A stretch of DNA of 64,000 bases, from NCBI GenBank assembly GCA_030390025.1, contig CM059432.1, positions 35,404,001 through 35,468,000 on the forward strand, written 5' to 3'. Source of the stretch: Squalus acanthias (Eukaryota). Each line of letters starts with the position of its first letter. The stretch's first letter is position 1. Both the position numbers and the translations under genes were made by a program. Shown here one piece after another: positions 10,442-23,480 of this stretch. The notes under the pieces were generated by a model. The model searched no databases. It was not told the DNA's origin and saw only the letters and a program-made list of their open reading frames with translations.

Positions 10442-12300
10442 TTAGGAAAGCAAAGAGAGGGCATGAAAAAATATTGGCAAGTAACATCAAGGAAAACCTA
10501 AAGATGTTTTATAAATACATTAAGAGCAAGAGGATAACTAAAGAGTAGGGCCTATTAGGGACCATAAAGTTAACCTGTGTGTGGAAGCAGAAGACATGGG
10601 TATGGTTCTTAATGAATACTTTGCGTCTGTTTTCACAAAAGAGAGGGACGAAGCAGACATTGCAATCAGGGAGGAGGAGTGTGAAATATTAGATGAAATA
10701 AACAGTGAAAGAGGAAGTATTAAGGGGTTTAGCATCTTTGAAAGTGGATAAATCCCCAGGCCCGGATGAAATGTATCCCAGACTGTTGAGAAGAGAGGAA
10801 ATAGCAGAGGCTCTGACCATCATTTTCCAATCCTCTCTGGCTACAGGTATGGTGCTGGAGGACTGCTAACATGGTACCATTGTTTAAAAAGGAAGAAAGG
10901 GATAGACCGAGTAATTACAGGCCAGTCAGCCTAACCTCAGTGGTGGGAAAATTATTGGAAAAAATTCTGAGGGACAGGATAAATCTTCATTTAGAAAGAC
11001 ACGGATTAATCAGGGACAGTCAGCATGGATTTGTTATGGGAAGGTCGTGTCTGACTAACTTGATTGAATTTTTTGAGGAGGTAACAAGTAGGGTCGATGA
11101 GGGTAGTGCGTTTGATGTAGTCTATGTGGATTTTAACAAGGCTTTTGATAAGGTCCCGCATGGCAAACTGGTCACAAAAGTAAAAGCCCATGGGATCCAA
11201 GGCAAAGTGGCAAGTTGGATCCAAAATTAGCTCAGAGGCAGGAAACAAAGGGTAATGGTCGATGGGTGTTTTTGTGACTGGAAGGCTGTTTCCAGTGGGG
11301 TTCTGCCGGGCTCAGTACTGGGTCCTTGGCTTTTTGTGGTATATATCAATGATTTGGACTTGAATGTAGGAAGTATGATTAAGAAGCTTGCAGGCGATAC
11401 AAAAATTGGCCGTGTGGTTGATAATGAAGAAAGCAAGCTGTAGACTGCAGGAAGATATCAATGGACTGGTCAGGTGGGCAGAACAGTGGCAAATGGAATT
11501 CAATCTGGAGAAGTGTGAGGTAATGCATTTGGGGAGGGCTAACAAAACAAGGGAATACACTATAAATGGTAGGCACTGAGAAATGCAGAAGATCAGAGGG
11601 ACCTTGGAGTGCATGTCCACAGATCCCTGAAGGTAGCAGGACAGGTAGATAAGGTGGTTGAGAAGGCATACGGGATACTTGCTTTTATTAGCCGAGGCAC
11701 AGAATATAAGAGCAGGGAGGTTATGCTTGAACTGTATAAAACACTAGTTAGGCCGCAGCTAGAATACTGCGTGCAGTTCTGGTCACAACGTTACAGGAAG
11801 GATGTGATTGCACTTGAGAGGGTGCAGAGGAGATTTATGAGGATGTTGCCTGGGCTGGGGAATTTTAGCTATGAGGAAAGATTGGCTAGGCTGGGGTTGT
11901 TTTCTTTGAAACAGAGGAGGCTGAGGGCCTAATTGATGTGTATAAAGTTATGAGGGGCCGAGATAGAGTGGATAGGAAGGACCTATTTCCCTTAGCAGAA
12001 GGGTCAATAACCAGGGGGCATAGATTTAAAGTAATTGGTAGGAGGTTTAGAGGGGATTTGAGGAGAAATTTTTTCACCCAGAGGGTGGTGGGGGTCTGGA
12101 ACTTACTGCCTGAAAGGGTGGTAGAGGCAGAGACCCTCATCATATTTAAAGTACTTGGATATGCACTTGAAGTGCCATAACCTACAAGGCCACGGACCAA
12201 GTGCTGGAAAGTGGGATTAGGGTGGATAGCTCTTTGTCGGCCAGCACGGATAAGATGGGCCGAATGGCCTCCTTCTGTGCTGTAAATTTCTATGATTCTT
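10442..12300 (+). mobile_element. 5'-truncated CR1-type LINE (RT and 3'UTR)
   Basis: [28 protein letters not shown] and FFTQRVV motifs with frameshifts; tail ttctatgattct. Confidence 0.93.
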
Positions 12301-12899
12301 AGTGATGCAGCTAATTTTCCAAAATGATTAGAGATCTCTACCAACTACAGAGGGGGAAGAGACTGAGGGATACACGTGCAGAGGCTGTCTGGAACATATG
12401 AGCTGAGAAGAGGCTGTAAGGGGCACAGGTGCAGAGGCACAAAACCAGCAATGAGGCACAGGCTCACAAATGTGCAGAAGAGGAAAAATAATGCAAGGAA
12501 GGCTATGCTGAAAAAACAAAAGGTGCAATGCAGGAGGGTGCAAAGCTGAGGTGCCTGAGAGAGGGGCAGTGGGGGTGGGAGGGAATGGCTGGAGAAATAT
12601 CTAGAATGGGTTGGGTAGATAGGTTTTAGTGATTTGCGTCAGGTGTACTTCATTTTTGAGACTTTTATTGTGTTAGAAATTGTATTTGTAGGGGTACATA
12701 GCAAGGATCAAGGCCAGGAATTGGAAAAAGGCTGGCGAGAGAGCTGCTCAGAGGCAGTGAACTAAGTGTTTACATGTTTTGGGAAGGTTGAACCAACGAA
12801 GGTTTTTTGGGAAATTTTGGCCAATGAAGATTTGCACATTGACATGCAAGATTCTTTGGACAGATAGAAGAGAATTAAACGGAGTTAGATAATTATATG

Positions 12900-13051
12900 A
12901 AATAACAGAAAATGCTGGAAACACTCAGCAGGTCAGGCAGCATATCCATGGAGAGAGGAAAAAACTCTCCATGGATGCTGCCTGACCCGAGTGCTTTCAG
13001 CTTTTTGTGTTTTTATTTCAGATTTCCAGCATCTGCAGTAGTTTGCTATTG
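12900..13051. mobile_element. 152-bp palindromic Penelope-terminus-derived element with a 14-bp TSD
   Basis: Long self-complementary core (ggtcaggcagcat..tccatggagag / ctctccatggatgctgcctgacc); flanked by TAGATAATTATATG at 12886-12899 and 13052-13065. Confidence 0.8.
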
Positions 13052-13289
13052 TAGATAATTATATGGATGGGTGGAGGGAAGGAAGGAAGCATGAATAGAT
13101 AGAAGGACAGATGAATGAATGGACAGACAGATGAAATGATGGGCGGAATGATGAATAGGGTATTCCTGACCATAGAGGAAGACCAATATTTTGGGACTTT
13201 TCCCATTATCTCTTGGGAGTGGTCCTCTCCATTATCCGGGAGAATGGAGGCTCTGCAATTTAGCAACTTACATAGAACTATTAAAGTAG

Positions 13290-14500
13290 AAAAAAAATTC
13301 CAATGCACCTCACAGTGGGGAAAAGTAACTGTTAGAAAGTGAGAAGGGGTGACCAAACATTGTGTTACAGTTTTAATAATGGAGAGAGAGAAAAAAGCAA
13401 GAGGGATTTTAGGGAGTGAGTTCGAGAGAGTTGCACCAAGGTGGCTGAAAGAATGGGGGTGGAGGGATGTACAGGAGACCAAAGCCAGAGAACCAAAGGG
13501 TGTGAGAGGGAATACAAGGCTGGAGGAGGTTCCAGAAGCAGGGTGGGCCGAGACCTTGGAGGGATTGAAGATGAGAACAAGTATTCTAAGTGCAACAAGT
13601 TAGGAGATAGGGAGTCAGTGTAGGTCAGCGAGGGTAGAGGTGATGGGCCAGCAGGATTCAGTATGGGACAGGATATGGACAGCTGTGTTTTGGATGAGTT
13701 GTAGTGAAAAATAATGGTTGGAGAAAGTTTTGATTCGTCCACGAATTGTCAGTCAGACAGTCTAACAGCCCAGAGGTGGTTCTGAAGTCAAGAGAAATGG
13801 TAGAGAGATAGAGCTGGGTGTCAGCAGCACAATGACATAGATTTATATAGTGCCTTTAACATAGAAAAACATCCCAAGGCACTTCACAGTGGTGTACGGA
13901 AATATTAGGAGGGGTGACCAAAACCTTGGTCAAAAAGATGGAATTAAAGTAGGGTCTTAAAGGAGGAAAGGGAGATGGAGCAGATGAATTACAGATCTTG
14001 GGGCTTAGCTAGCTAAGGCACAGCTGCCAACGATAGGACAAACAGAGGGGGATGCATAGGTGAGTGAGAGAACAGGTCTTGGACAAGTGGAAGCTGATCT
14101 TGTGCCTCAGATGATATCACAATGGTTCAGCATTAGATAAGCAAGAGAAGGGGAACAATGATGGACCCTTGGGGAACTCCAAAGGCAACAGTGCAGGAGT
14201 GAGAAGACAGACCATTGCCCGAAATGTGCTAGCTACTTTGAGGCGGCAGTCTGATGAAGCTGAACAGATGAGAGGTGGTGGTGGTGAAGAAGGGATAGCA
14301 CACTGCAGTCACAATCACAAAGGATGTGGCTTTGACTGAGGCTGCGAGAAGGATGGAAAACAGATTGGAAAAATTTGAACAGGGAGGCCGTAAAGCTGGG
14401 AGGCAACACATTCAAGACCTTACAGTGGAAAGGCAAGTCAGTGATGCTACAATAGTGGGAGAGGGTGGAAGGATCAATGTTGGGCTTTGAGAGGATTGTT
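13290..14500 (-). mobile_element. Old, degraded L2-type LINE fragments
   Basis: Reverse complement contains gctgctgacacccagctcta (ADDTQL-like), ttccccaagggtcc (PQGS) and L2 3'-end similarity to 56490-56970. Confidence 0.55.
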
Positions 14501-14620
14501 GGGGGGGGGGGGGGGGGGGGGGCGCGGAGGGGGTGGTTGGCAGGAAGCAGAATGTGATCATGGCAGTTTTGAAAGGCAGAGTTATCAGCTTGGCTCAGTT
14601 GATAGCATTCTCACCCCAGG

Positions 14621-15954
14621 GTCATAGAGTTATACAGCACAGAAAGAGGCCCTTTGCCCCATCGTGTCTGCGCCGGCCATCAAGCCCTATCTATTCTAAT
14701 CCCATTTTCCAGCACTTGGTCCGTAGCCTTGTATGCTATGGCGTTTCAAGTGCTCATCTAAATGCTTCTTGAATGTTGTGAGGGTTCCTGCCTCTACCAC
14801 CCTTTCAAGCAGTGAGTTCCAGATTCCAACCACCCTCTGGGTGAAAAAGTTTTTCCTCAAATCCCCTCTAAACCTCCTGCCCCTTACCTTGAAACTATGC
14901 CCCCTAGTTATTGACCCCTCTACTAAGGGGAAAAGTTCCTTTCTATCTACCCTATCTATGACCATCATAATTTTGTACACCTCAATCAGGTCCCCCCTCA
15001 GCCTTCTCTGCTCTAAGGAAAACAACCCCAGCCTGTCCAGTCTCTCTTCATAGCTGAAGCGCTGCAGCCCAGGTAACATCCTGGTGAATCTCCTCTGCAC
15101 CCTCTCCAATGCAATCACATCCTTCCTATAGTGTGGCGACCAGAACTGCACACAGTATTCCAGCTGTGGCCTAACTAGCGTTTTGTACAGCTCAATCATA
15201 ACCTCCCTGCTCTTATATTCTATGCCTCGGCTAATGAAGGCAAGTATCCCATATGCCTTCTTAACCACCTTATCTTCCTGTCCTGCTGCCTTCAGGGATC
15301 TATGTACATGCACACCAAGGTCCCTCTGATCCTCTGTCCTTCCTAGGGTCCTACCATTCATTGTGTATTCCCTTGCCTTGTTAGTCCTCCCAAAAGGCAT
15401 CACCTCACACTTTTCAGGGTTAAATTCCATTTGCCACTGTTCTGCCCATCTAACCATCCCGTCTATATCGTCCTGTAGCCTGAGGCTTCCCTCCTCGCTA
15501 TTTACCACGCCACCAATTTTCGTGTCATCTGCGAACTTACTGATCATACCTCCTACATTCATATCTAAATCATTAATGTACACTACAAACAGCAAGGGAC
15601 CCAGCACCAATCCCTGCAGTACACCACTGGACACAGGCTTCCAGTCACAAAAACAACTTTCGACCATCACCCTCTGCCTCCTGCCACTAAGCCAATTTTG
15701 GATCCAATGTGCAAAATTGCCCTGGATCCCATGGGCTCTTACCTTCTTGACCAGTCTCCCATGCGGGACTTCGTCAAAAAGCCTTACTGAAGTCCATGCA
15801 GACTACATCAACTGCACTACCCTCATCCACACACCTAGTCACCCCCTCGAAAAATTCATTCAAATTGGTTAGACATGATCTCCCCCTGACAAAGCCATGC
15901 TGACTATCCTTGATTAATCCTTGCCTCTCCAAGTGGAGACTAATTCTGTCCCTC
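14621..15954 (-). mobile_element. CR1-type LINE 3' half, inserted into a SINE head
   Basis: 324-aa RT ORF at 14696-15670 (FADDTK, RPQLEYC); SINE sequence resumes at about 15955. Confidence 0.95.
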
Positions 15955-16250
15955 AAAGGTTATGGGTTTGAACTCCACTTCAGGACTTGAGCACATAATG
16001 TGGGCTGACACTCCGCATTATTGGAGCTGCCATCCTTCAGATGAGACATTAAGCCAAGATCCCATTTGCCTGTTCTAGCTTGACGTTAAAACTCTCGTGG
16101 CATACTTCAAAGAGCAGGGAGTTATCCTGGTAGCCTGGCCAATATTACTTGCTCAAAAAACACCTTCAAAAACAGATATACTGGTCAGTCATCTCATTTG
16201 CTGTTTGTGGGATTTTGTTGGTGCAGAATGGGTGTTGTGTTAGCTTCCCT

Positions 16251-16710
16251 GTCAGCTGTGGTTCAGTTGGTAGCAATCTCACCTCTGAATCAGAAGGTTG
16301 TGAGTTCAAATCCCACTCCAGAGACTTGAGCACAAAAATCTAGGCTGACACTCCAGTACTGAGGGAGTGCTGCACGGTTGGAGGTGCTGTCTTTCGGATG
16401 AGACGATAAACTGAGGCCCCGTCAACTCTCTAAGGTGGATGTAAAAGATCTCGTGGCACTATTTCAAAGAAGAGCAGGGGTTATCCCCAGTGTCCTAGCC
16501 AATATTTATCCCTCAATCAACATCAGAAAAACAGATTATCTGGTCATTATCACTTTGCTGTTTGTGGGAGCTTGCTGTGCACAAATTGGCTGCCGCGTTT
16601 CCTACATTACAACAGTGACTACACTTCAAATTACTTCATTGGCTGTAAAGCGCTTTGGCACATCCTGAGGCCGTGAAAGGCGCTATATAAATGCAAGGCT
16701 TTCTTTCTTT
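16251..16710 (+). mobile_element. SacSINE1/DeuSINE-type SINE, full length, nested in an older copy
   Basis: A/B boxes, conserved body and tail gcgctatataaatgcaag; older-copy fragments on both sides. Confidence 0.82.
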
Positions 16711-17490
16711 CACATAACAATAATCCCTGCTCTCCATTAATAAAAAAGTATGAAGTACTTTGAGAGGTTTCAGCGAGATGCCACAGAGCACTTTATTTTA
16801 CTTTATTGGCTGCAAAGCACTTTGGGATGTCCTGAGGTGGTGAAAGGCGCTGTAATAAATGCAAGTTCTTCCTTTCTTTATAAAGATATGGAAGTCAGCC
16901 AAAACCTACAATGAAAAGAAACAACAGGCACAAGAGCTGGGGGGGCAGGGCAGGAGACATTAATTAGACCTGTATTTAATAAAAATTTCCTTCTCCTTTC
17001 TCCTGTCTGAGGCATATCACTTAGAAAATCTTACAACAGAGCAATCAAAGGCATTTAACCAAATTGCTATAATAAAACATCTAAGAGTGGTTCTGTGAGA
17101 CATTTAACTCTGCTTTTGGATGAGGAACCAACACACTGGGGCCATTGCATTGTAATTTAGAAATCTCTCGATGGTAAAATGTCAGAAGCAGCTGCAAGCC
17201 TCCAGGTGTTATTAAGCAGCCTGCCATTTGACTGGGAAAAATCAACATCAACTTGTCTCTTCATTGTGAATTCCACACATTTCTAAACAGAGGTGTTTCA
17301 ACATGCTCTCCCCTCCCTCCCAAAGTAGACCTTACAGAGAAAAGCCAGGTTATTGTTTGTGCAGAGACTCTGTCGTCATTGTTGAGTAACTAACTCCACA
17401 TCTTCACTTGTCTTTTCTCTGTCCGTGCACATAGGCCTGCTCCGAGTCAGAAGGTTGTGGGTTCAAGCCCCGCCCCAGGTCTTGAGCACA

Positions 17491-18460
17491 TAAATCATAG
17501 AATAGTACAGCACAGAAGGAGGCCATTTGGCCCATCGAGTCTGCGCCAATTCTTTAAAAGAGCAATCCAGTTAATCCCACTCCTCCCTCATATCCCTGCA
17601 ATTTTTTCTCCTTCAAGTATTTATCCAGTTCCCTTTTGAAGGCTACTATTGAATCTGTATCCACCACCCTGAGGCAGTGCACTCCAAATCCTAACCACTC
17701 GTTAAAGTTTTCCTCATGCCACCTCTGGTTCTTTTGCCAATCACCTTAAGTCTGTGTCCTCTCGTTATCGACTCTTCAGCCATTGGAAACAGTTTCTCTT
17801 AATTTACTCTAAATCTTTCATGATTTTAAACACCTCTATCAAATCTCTTAGCCTTCTCTGCTCCAAGGAGAACAACCCTAGCTTCTCTACTCTATCCACG
17901 TAACTGTAATCCCTCATCCCTGGAACCATTCTAGTAAATCTCTCTGCAAAGCCTTCACGTCCTTCCTAAAGTGTGGTGCCCAGAATTGGACACAATAGCT
18001 GTGGCCGTACTCGTGTTTTATAGGTTTAGCATACATTCCCAGCTTTTGTACTCGATGCCTCTATTTATAAAGCCCAGGATCCCATATGCATTATTAACTG
18101 CTTTGTTAACCTGTCCTGCCACCTTCAAAGATTTGTGCACAAACACCCCCAAGTCTCTGTGTTTTGGCACCCCTTTTAAAATTGTACCATTTAGTGTGTA
18201 TGGCCTCTCATTCTTCCTACCAAAATGCATCACCTCACACTTCTCTGCACTGAATTTTCTTGAAGTCTATTACTATTGTCCTCACTGTTTACTACACTTC
18301 CAAGTCTCGTGACACCTGCAAATTTCGAAATTGTGCCCTCTACCCCCAAGTTCAAGTCATTAATGTGTATCAAAAACAGCAGTGGTCCTAGTACTGAACC
18401 TTGGGGAACGCCACTGTATACCTCTTTCCAATCCAAAAAACAGCCATTCACCACAACTCT
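17491..18460 (-). mobile_element. CR1-type LINE 3' fragment splitting a SINE
   Basis: [14 protein letters not shown] and GILGFINRGIEYK motifs on the minus strand; SINE halves at ~17440-17490 and ~18463-18830. Confidence 0.88.
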
Positions 18461-19631
18461 AATCTAGCCCAACAGTCCAGCACAGTGTTGAGGGAACGCT
18501 GCATCATCAGTGGTACCGACGCTTCCAATGAGACGTTAAGTGAGGTCCTGCCTGCCTGTTCGGGGTGGGCATCAAAGATCCATGGCACTATTCGAAGAGC
18601 AGAGAGTACTTCCGGTGTGATGGCCGATATTCCTACCTCAAACAGCACCAGCCAAACACAGGTTGACAGTCAGCTCGTCATTGTTGTGGGAATCTTGCCA
18701 TCCCCAAAATGCATGTCACACTTCCCTATGTAACAATTGTCACAGCACTTCAAAAGTAATTAATAATTCATTGTATATGCAACATGTCTTGAGAGGATTC
18801 AGAGATGTGCGAGGAGGTGCTAAAAAATAGTTCTGCTTCCACAGACCTATTGCGTGACTTCTACTATATTCTGTTTTTATTTTAGATTTCCAACACTTTT
18901 GGCTTCCACTTAACTTCTTTCCGATGTAATTACATGCAGTTTAGGTTGCGATTTAAAAATAATCTTTTAATGCATTTTCCAAAAGGGCCGAGGGACTGTG
19001 TTGAACCATACTGACAGTTTTAACTGCAGTTAACTCACTTCACACAGCATTCTGATTCCAGCACTCAGCAGAAACCAACTCTTTGGCTTATCCAAACGGC
19101 TCAGTAATTTTACCCAGCAAGTAGCTGAGCTGCACAGACCAGGAAGGTCTTGGGCGCAATCACTATCCTGCCCCAAGATAGCTGATCTCAGCCTGGGCAG
19201 CAACTAAGTGCCAAGGATCAGTGCATTCGGAAAGGGCAGGGAGAAAATTGGAGGGGGAAAACATCGTGTTGTTTTTAAATTGTCGAGAGCGGAAATTTCC
19301 ATAATCTCCCCTGAAAGCCCTGACTCTTGCTTGGTTATGGCTCCACAGTCAAAAGCAGTCCTCCAATACCTTAGGACAATGGCTGACTGAATCATGAGCA
19401 CTGGCAGGATATTTCACAGTTGGGGAGGGTATCAGTGTCAAGCCTGATCATGTCCTTGCTGGACATCCACACGCAGACATTCCAGGAGCCACTGGAATGT
19501 GACTGGGAGCACGAACCATGGGTAATTTTCCTCTCCCTGACTGGAGGGCACTGAGCCTAATTGTGCTGGTCTGGCGGAGGTCAGTTAACTCAGTGCCGAT
19601 TAGGGAAACAATAACTTGCATTTATATAGCA

Positions 19632-19918
19632 AGGTCCTGTCTGCCCTCTCAGCTGGACGTAAAATATCCCACGGCACTATTTTGAAGAGGAGCAGGGGAG
19701 TTTTCCCAGTGTCCTACCAGCATTTATCCCTCAACCAAGATCACTAAAACAGATCATCTGGTCATGTATCACATTGCTGTTTCTGGGACCTTGTGTGTAA
19801 ATTGGCTGCTGCGTTTCCCTGCATTACAACAGTGATTATAGATCAAAAGTACTTCATTGGCTGGAAAGTCCTGAGGTCGTGAAAGGCGCTATATAAATGC
19901 AAGTCATTTCTTTCTTTA
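19632..19918 (+). mobile_element. SacSINE1/DeuSINE-type SINE 3' half
   Basis: Matches the body and tail of 16251-16710. Confidence 0.8.
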
Positions 19919-20879
19919 TTGCTCTTACCAACACACAATTCTCAAGGGGGGCCCTGACACAGCACTGTAGGGATAAATTCCACGTCAACACCAAAGTGAT
20001 GGCAAAAGAGTGAGAGATAACTCTCCAGGCGTTCACCTCATTAAAACCAAGGCGCACTGCACAGTTCATATTCCAACTCCTTAGGGCGTAAAGTGGAGTT
20101 GAGGTAGATCATCAGCCATGATCTTATTGAATGGCAGAGCAGGCTCAAGGGGCCGTATGGCCTACTCCTGCTCCTATTTCTTATGTTCTTATTCTTTCCC
20201 AGCATCTTACAACTGTGGAACTCTCACCGCTCACTACCTAAACACAACTTTCTAATTTAAGGTTAAGCTTCACAGACTGGGGAGAAAAAAAAAGACAAAT
20301 CAAAGTGGCACTGAACTGCAGCATTCTCTCAGAGGGGCAACGGAGGTGTGAAATGGAAACGCCTCTAATGCTGTAGAAGGTGCCTTGGTGAGGCGTATTG
20401 ATGGAGCCAGAGTGGAGCTTGGCAAATCAAAACTAGGCAAACTGATCACCACAGTGAAGAGATTAAATCTCAGAGGATGCAAGTTAATTAGGAAGTCAGA
20501 AGTGAGAAGGGAAGTGCAGGGAATTCTTCAAGTTGTGAGATAAGTTGTCAGGGAAGGAAATGGAAGCGGACAATCTAAATGGGTCCAGGAGACAATTGGA
20601 CGCGTTTCTGGAAAGAGAAGGGATTGAGAAATAGTGAGCAGCTGAGAAAAGAACGGCTTTGTTGAGGTTAATGGAATTTTCATGTTCCTTAAGCTTTTTC
20701 AGAATATCTACAAAGGGTTGCTGTCTCCTCCCACTGTCAAACTGTGGCAATCTTCCCACTCATTCGACACCACAGAGATGGACACCACAGTACCAACGGA
20801 ATGGCGGCGCAGCATGATTCCTTTTAGTTTTGTTGTAAAAGGAGAATGACAAACTATAGGTTTAGTCCGCCTAATGGTT

Positions 20880-21240
20880 CCTTGGCAAATCCAGTTCAGT
20901 ACTAGGCCAGAGACCATGAAAGTCCCGGGTTTCATCCCCTGGTCGGTGCTGAGTTAGCTGATCTCAGCCAATCATAGGGTAATTACAATTGGCCTCAGTG
21001 TCCTTGGTTGGTTGGATTGGAGGGGTGGGGTGCGGGTGAGGAATCCACACCAGATCATGCCCTATGACACCTACTGGAAAGTGTGCTTGTGTGGCTGGCA
21101 GGCAAGGACAGAATAGGGCAAAACTGTGACACACCTCATGATCAAGCAGCCCGCCCACACTCATTGCCCAGAATCGCGTGACTAAATGTTACACAAACTC
21201 ATTTGTACCTATGGAACTGTAACACAGTATGAGTCAGTGT
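20880..21240 (+). mobile_element. Old tRNA-derived SINE, family not assigned (related copies at ~19090, ~37970, ~41630 and minus-strand ~2760-3090, ~24200-24540)
   Basis: Recurrent motif gaccatgaaagtcccgggtttcatccc...gtgctgagttagctgatctcagc. Confidence 0.5.
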
Positions 21241-21289
21241 GAAAAGGAAAGGAAAAATAACAAATAATCAGTAAACACAATCTGCTCAC

Positions 21290-21378
21290 CTGTGCTTCAC
21301 CTCTTCCTCAGCCTTGTCCTCGTCCTCGTCCTCTCTAAGCTGTTTATTCTCTGGCTCACCTTCACCTTGGTCTCGGTT
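21290..21378 (-). CDS. CCDC12: CCDC12 coding exon 2 (89 nt)
   Basis: Acceptor ttggtctacag|AAC and donor CACAG|GTGAGC; encodes NRDQGEGEPENKQLREDEDEDKAEEEVKH(R), resembling CCDC12 KDKEDGEPKTKHLREEEEEGEKHR; phase 0 in, phase 2 out. Confidence 0.93.
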
Positions 21379-21639
21379 CTGTAGACCAAAAATGTAAAAT
21401 ATAACTGGTTCATAATGCCTGCATTATGCTATTAATCTCACACGTACCGTAATGTCCTACCAAATCACAGTTCATTCAGTTATTCAAATAGATTTAGCAT
21501 ATAATCCAGGTGAAAAATGCATTGTTTGGTACCAGCATTAATTCCTGGTTTCTGAGTTAGAGGACTTTAACCAGTTCAGTAGTTGAACCTTCAACTAGCT
21601 TTGAACTTTTCTCTCATGTTCCTCAAGCTCCAAGTACAC

Positions 21640-21830
21640 CATCTTACATGGGCTTCCTCCTTCTTGCATCCTCAGTGTGTTGAAATCAAGACTCATCACA
21701 CCATCTACTACTCTTCCTCATTCTTCTTCAGGACCTCAGAACTATGGTGTTCCTTACCTCCCCCTCAGTCTTCCTACAATCTACAGGCTTTCAAAACCCA
21801 AACTTGGCATCACCTGATCATTACATCCTC
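21640..21830 (+). mobile_element. 3' end of a CR1/Jockey-group LINE ORF2
   Basis: SSFFFRTSELWCSLP..SYNLQAFK resembles the conserved C-terminal SFFxRTxxLWNxLP motif. Confidence 0.6.
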
Positions 21831-22184
21831 ATTCACATCATCTGCTCTTTTCAGCCCTTGTATTTTACTCCACTGTAGACTGATAAGGACAGATACGGCT
21901 TAGTTGGTCGCACTCTCGTCTTGGAGTCTGATGGTAGTGAGTTCAAGCCACACTCCTTTGTTGAGCATATAATGTAGGCCTACACGTCAGTGCAATCCTG
22001 AGCAATTGCAGTCTGTTACTCACTCCCATATATCCATTATACTCTAAATAAACTAGCCCTATGTCTCAATTAGATTTCAGCTTGTAATTCACTGCTGAAT
22101 AAGTTATTCCACATATAAACCACCTGAATCCCTCGATTAGATTCCAGCTTGTAACTCACTCCGGGGTATCTGTTATTCTACATA

Positions 22185-22670
22185 CATAGAAAAACACAGA
22201 AATTACAACAGGGAAACGAGCAGTTTGGTCGAACCAGTCTGTCAGCGTTTACCGACCACACATGCAAAATATTCCCAATCACATTTGTCCACCCTGATCC
22301 CATATCCCTTCATCCCCTCTTCTTTCATCCACCTTTCCAATCTAATCTTGAATGTTGACATAGTTTCTGCCTCAACCACTGACCCTAGAAGTGAATTCCA
22401 CAGAAATTCTGTATAAAAAAGTTTTTAAATCTCTTACATTTAATCTTGTATCTATGGCTCCTTGTTCTAGACCCTTCAACTACTGGAAACAATCTGCTTC
22501 TATCTGCCCAGTCCCATCCTTTCATAATTTTAAACACTTCTATTATATTACCCCATAATCTGTGTTGTTCTAATGAAAAAAGGCTCAATATTTCTTTCCT
22601 TCTTCGTATTTATATTTCTTCATACCAGGCAGTGAATCTGCACTGTACCCTCTCTACATTAACTATCTGA
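22185..22670 (-). mobile_element. Degraded CR1 3' fragment inserted in a short tandem repeat
   Basis: LFSLEQHRLWGNIIEVFKIM...TRSH on the minus strand; ttagattcca...taactcac repeat units on both sides. Confidence 0.7.
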
Positions 22671-23089
22671 ACCCCTCACGTAGATCCCTTCTTGTTTAGA
22701 TTCCATCCCATAACTCACCCCCAAGTATTCGTTATTCTCCATCTTCCAATAAAAACACTTTCAGGGTGGTTTTTTTGGTCCCTCCTCTCAACTGAGTGTT
22801 TTTGGGTTACTGTTTAATTAACCTCATCCATGGTAGCCAAACTTGACCTTGCCCGACATCCATACACTAACACCTTCCAGCAAGGGTTACTGGATCGTGA
22901 TCAGGAGTGGGAACCCTGGCTGATTTCTCTTCTCTCCTTTGCTAGCCCAGCGCTGCTGAGATCACTTACAGTAACCCAAGTTCCATCCCAGCCGAGTTCG
23001 ATTAACTCATCACAGACCGTTGAGGATGTTGTGTGTTACGGACTTGCATCCAATGCTTTCAGACTGCACAAAATTAAATTTCAGCACAC

Positions 23090-23480
23090 AATTCACCAGA
23101 ATGATACCGAGGATAAAAGGGTTAAATTATGAGAACAGGTTGCATAAACTTGGCTTGTATTCCCTTGAGTTTAGAAAAATGAGGGGTGATCTGATCACGG
23201 TGTTTAAAATGATAAAAGGGAATCGATAGAGTAGATACAGAGAAACTATTTCCTTTGGTGGGGAGTGAAAATCTGGAAAACTCCCCCTCAAAATGCTGTG
23301 GATGCTAAAAAATTGAAACTTTCAAGACTTAGGTCAATAGGCTTTTGTTGGTAAGGGTATCAAGGAATATGAAGCAAAGGCAGGTAAATAGAGTTGAAGT
23401 ACAGATCAGTCATGATCTGATTGAATAGCAGAGCAGGTTCAAGGGGCTGAACGGCCTACTCCTGTTTCTATGCTCCTGTG
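23090..23480 (+). mobile_element. CR1 3' end fragment
   Basis: FTRMIP..LGLYSLEFRKMRGDLI and the gatcag..catgat...cctactcctg tail. Confidence 0.8.

Noticed and set aside
14696..15670. RT ORFs as functional or domesticated genes (also 1111-2106, 29369-30190, 35638-36570)
   Set aside because: All are 5'-truncated or disrupted by stops, frameshifts or insertions within ordinary LINE copies.
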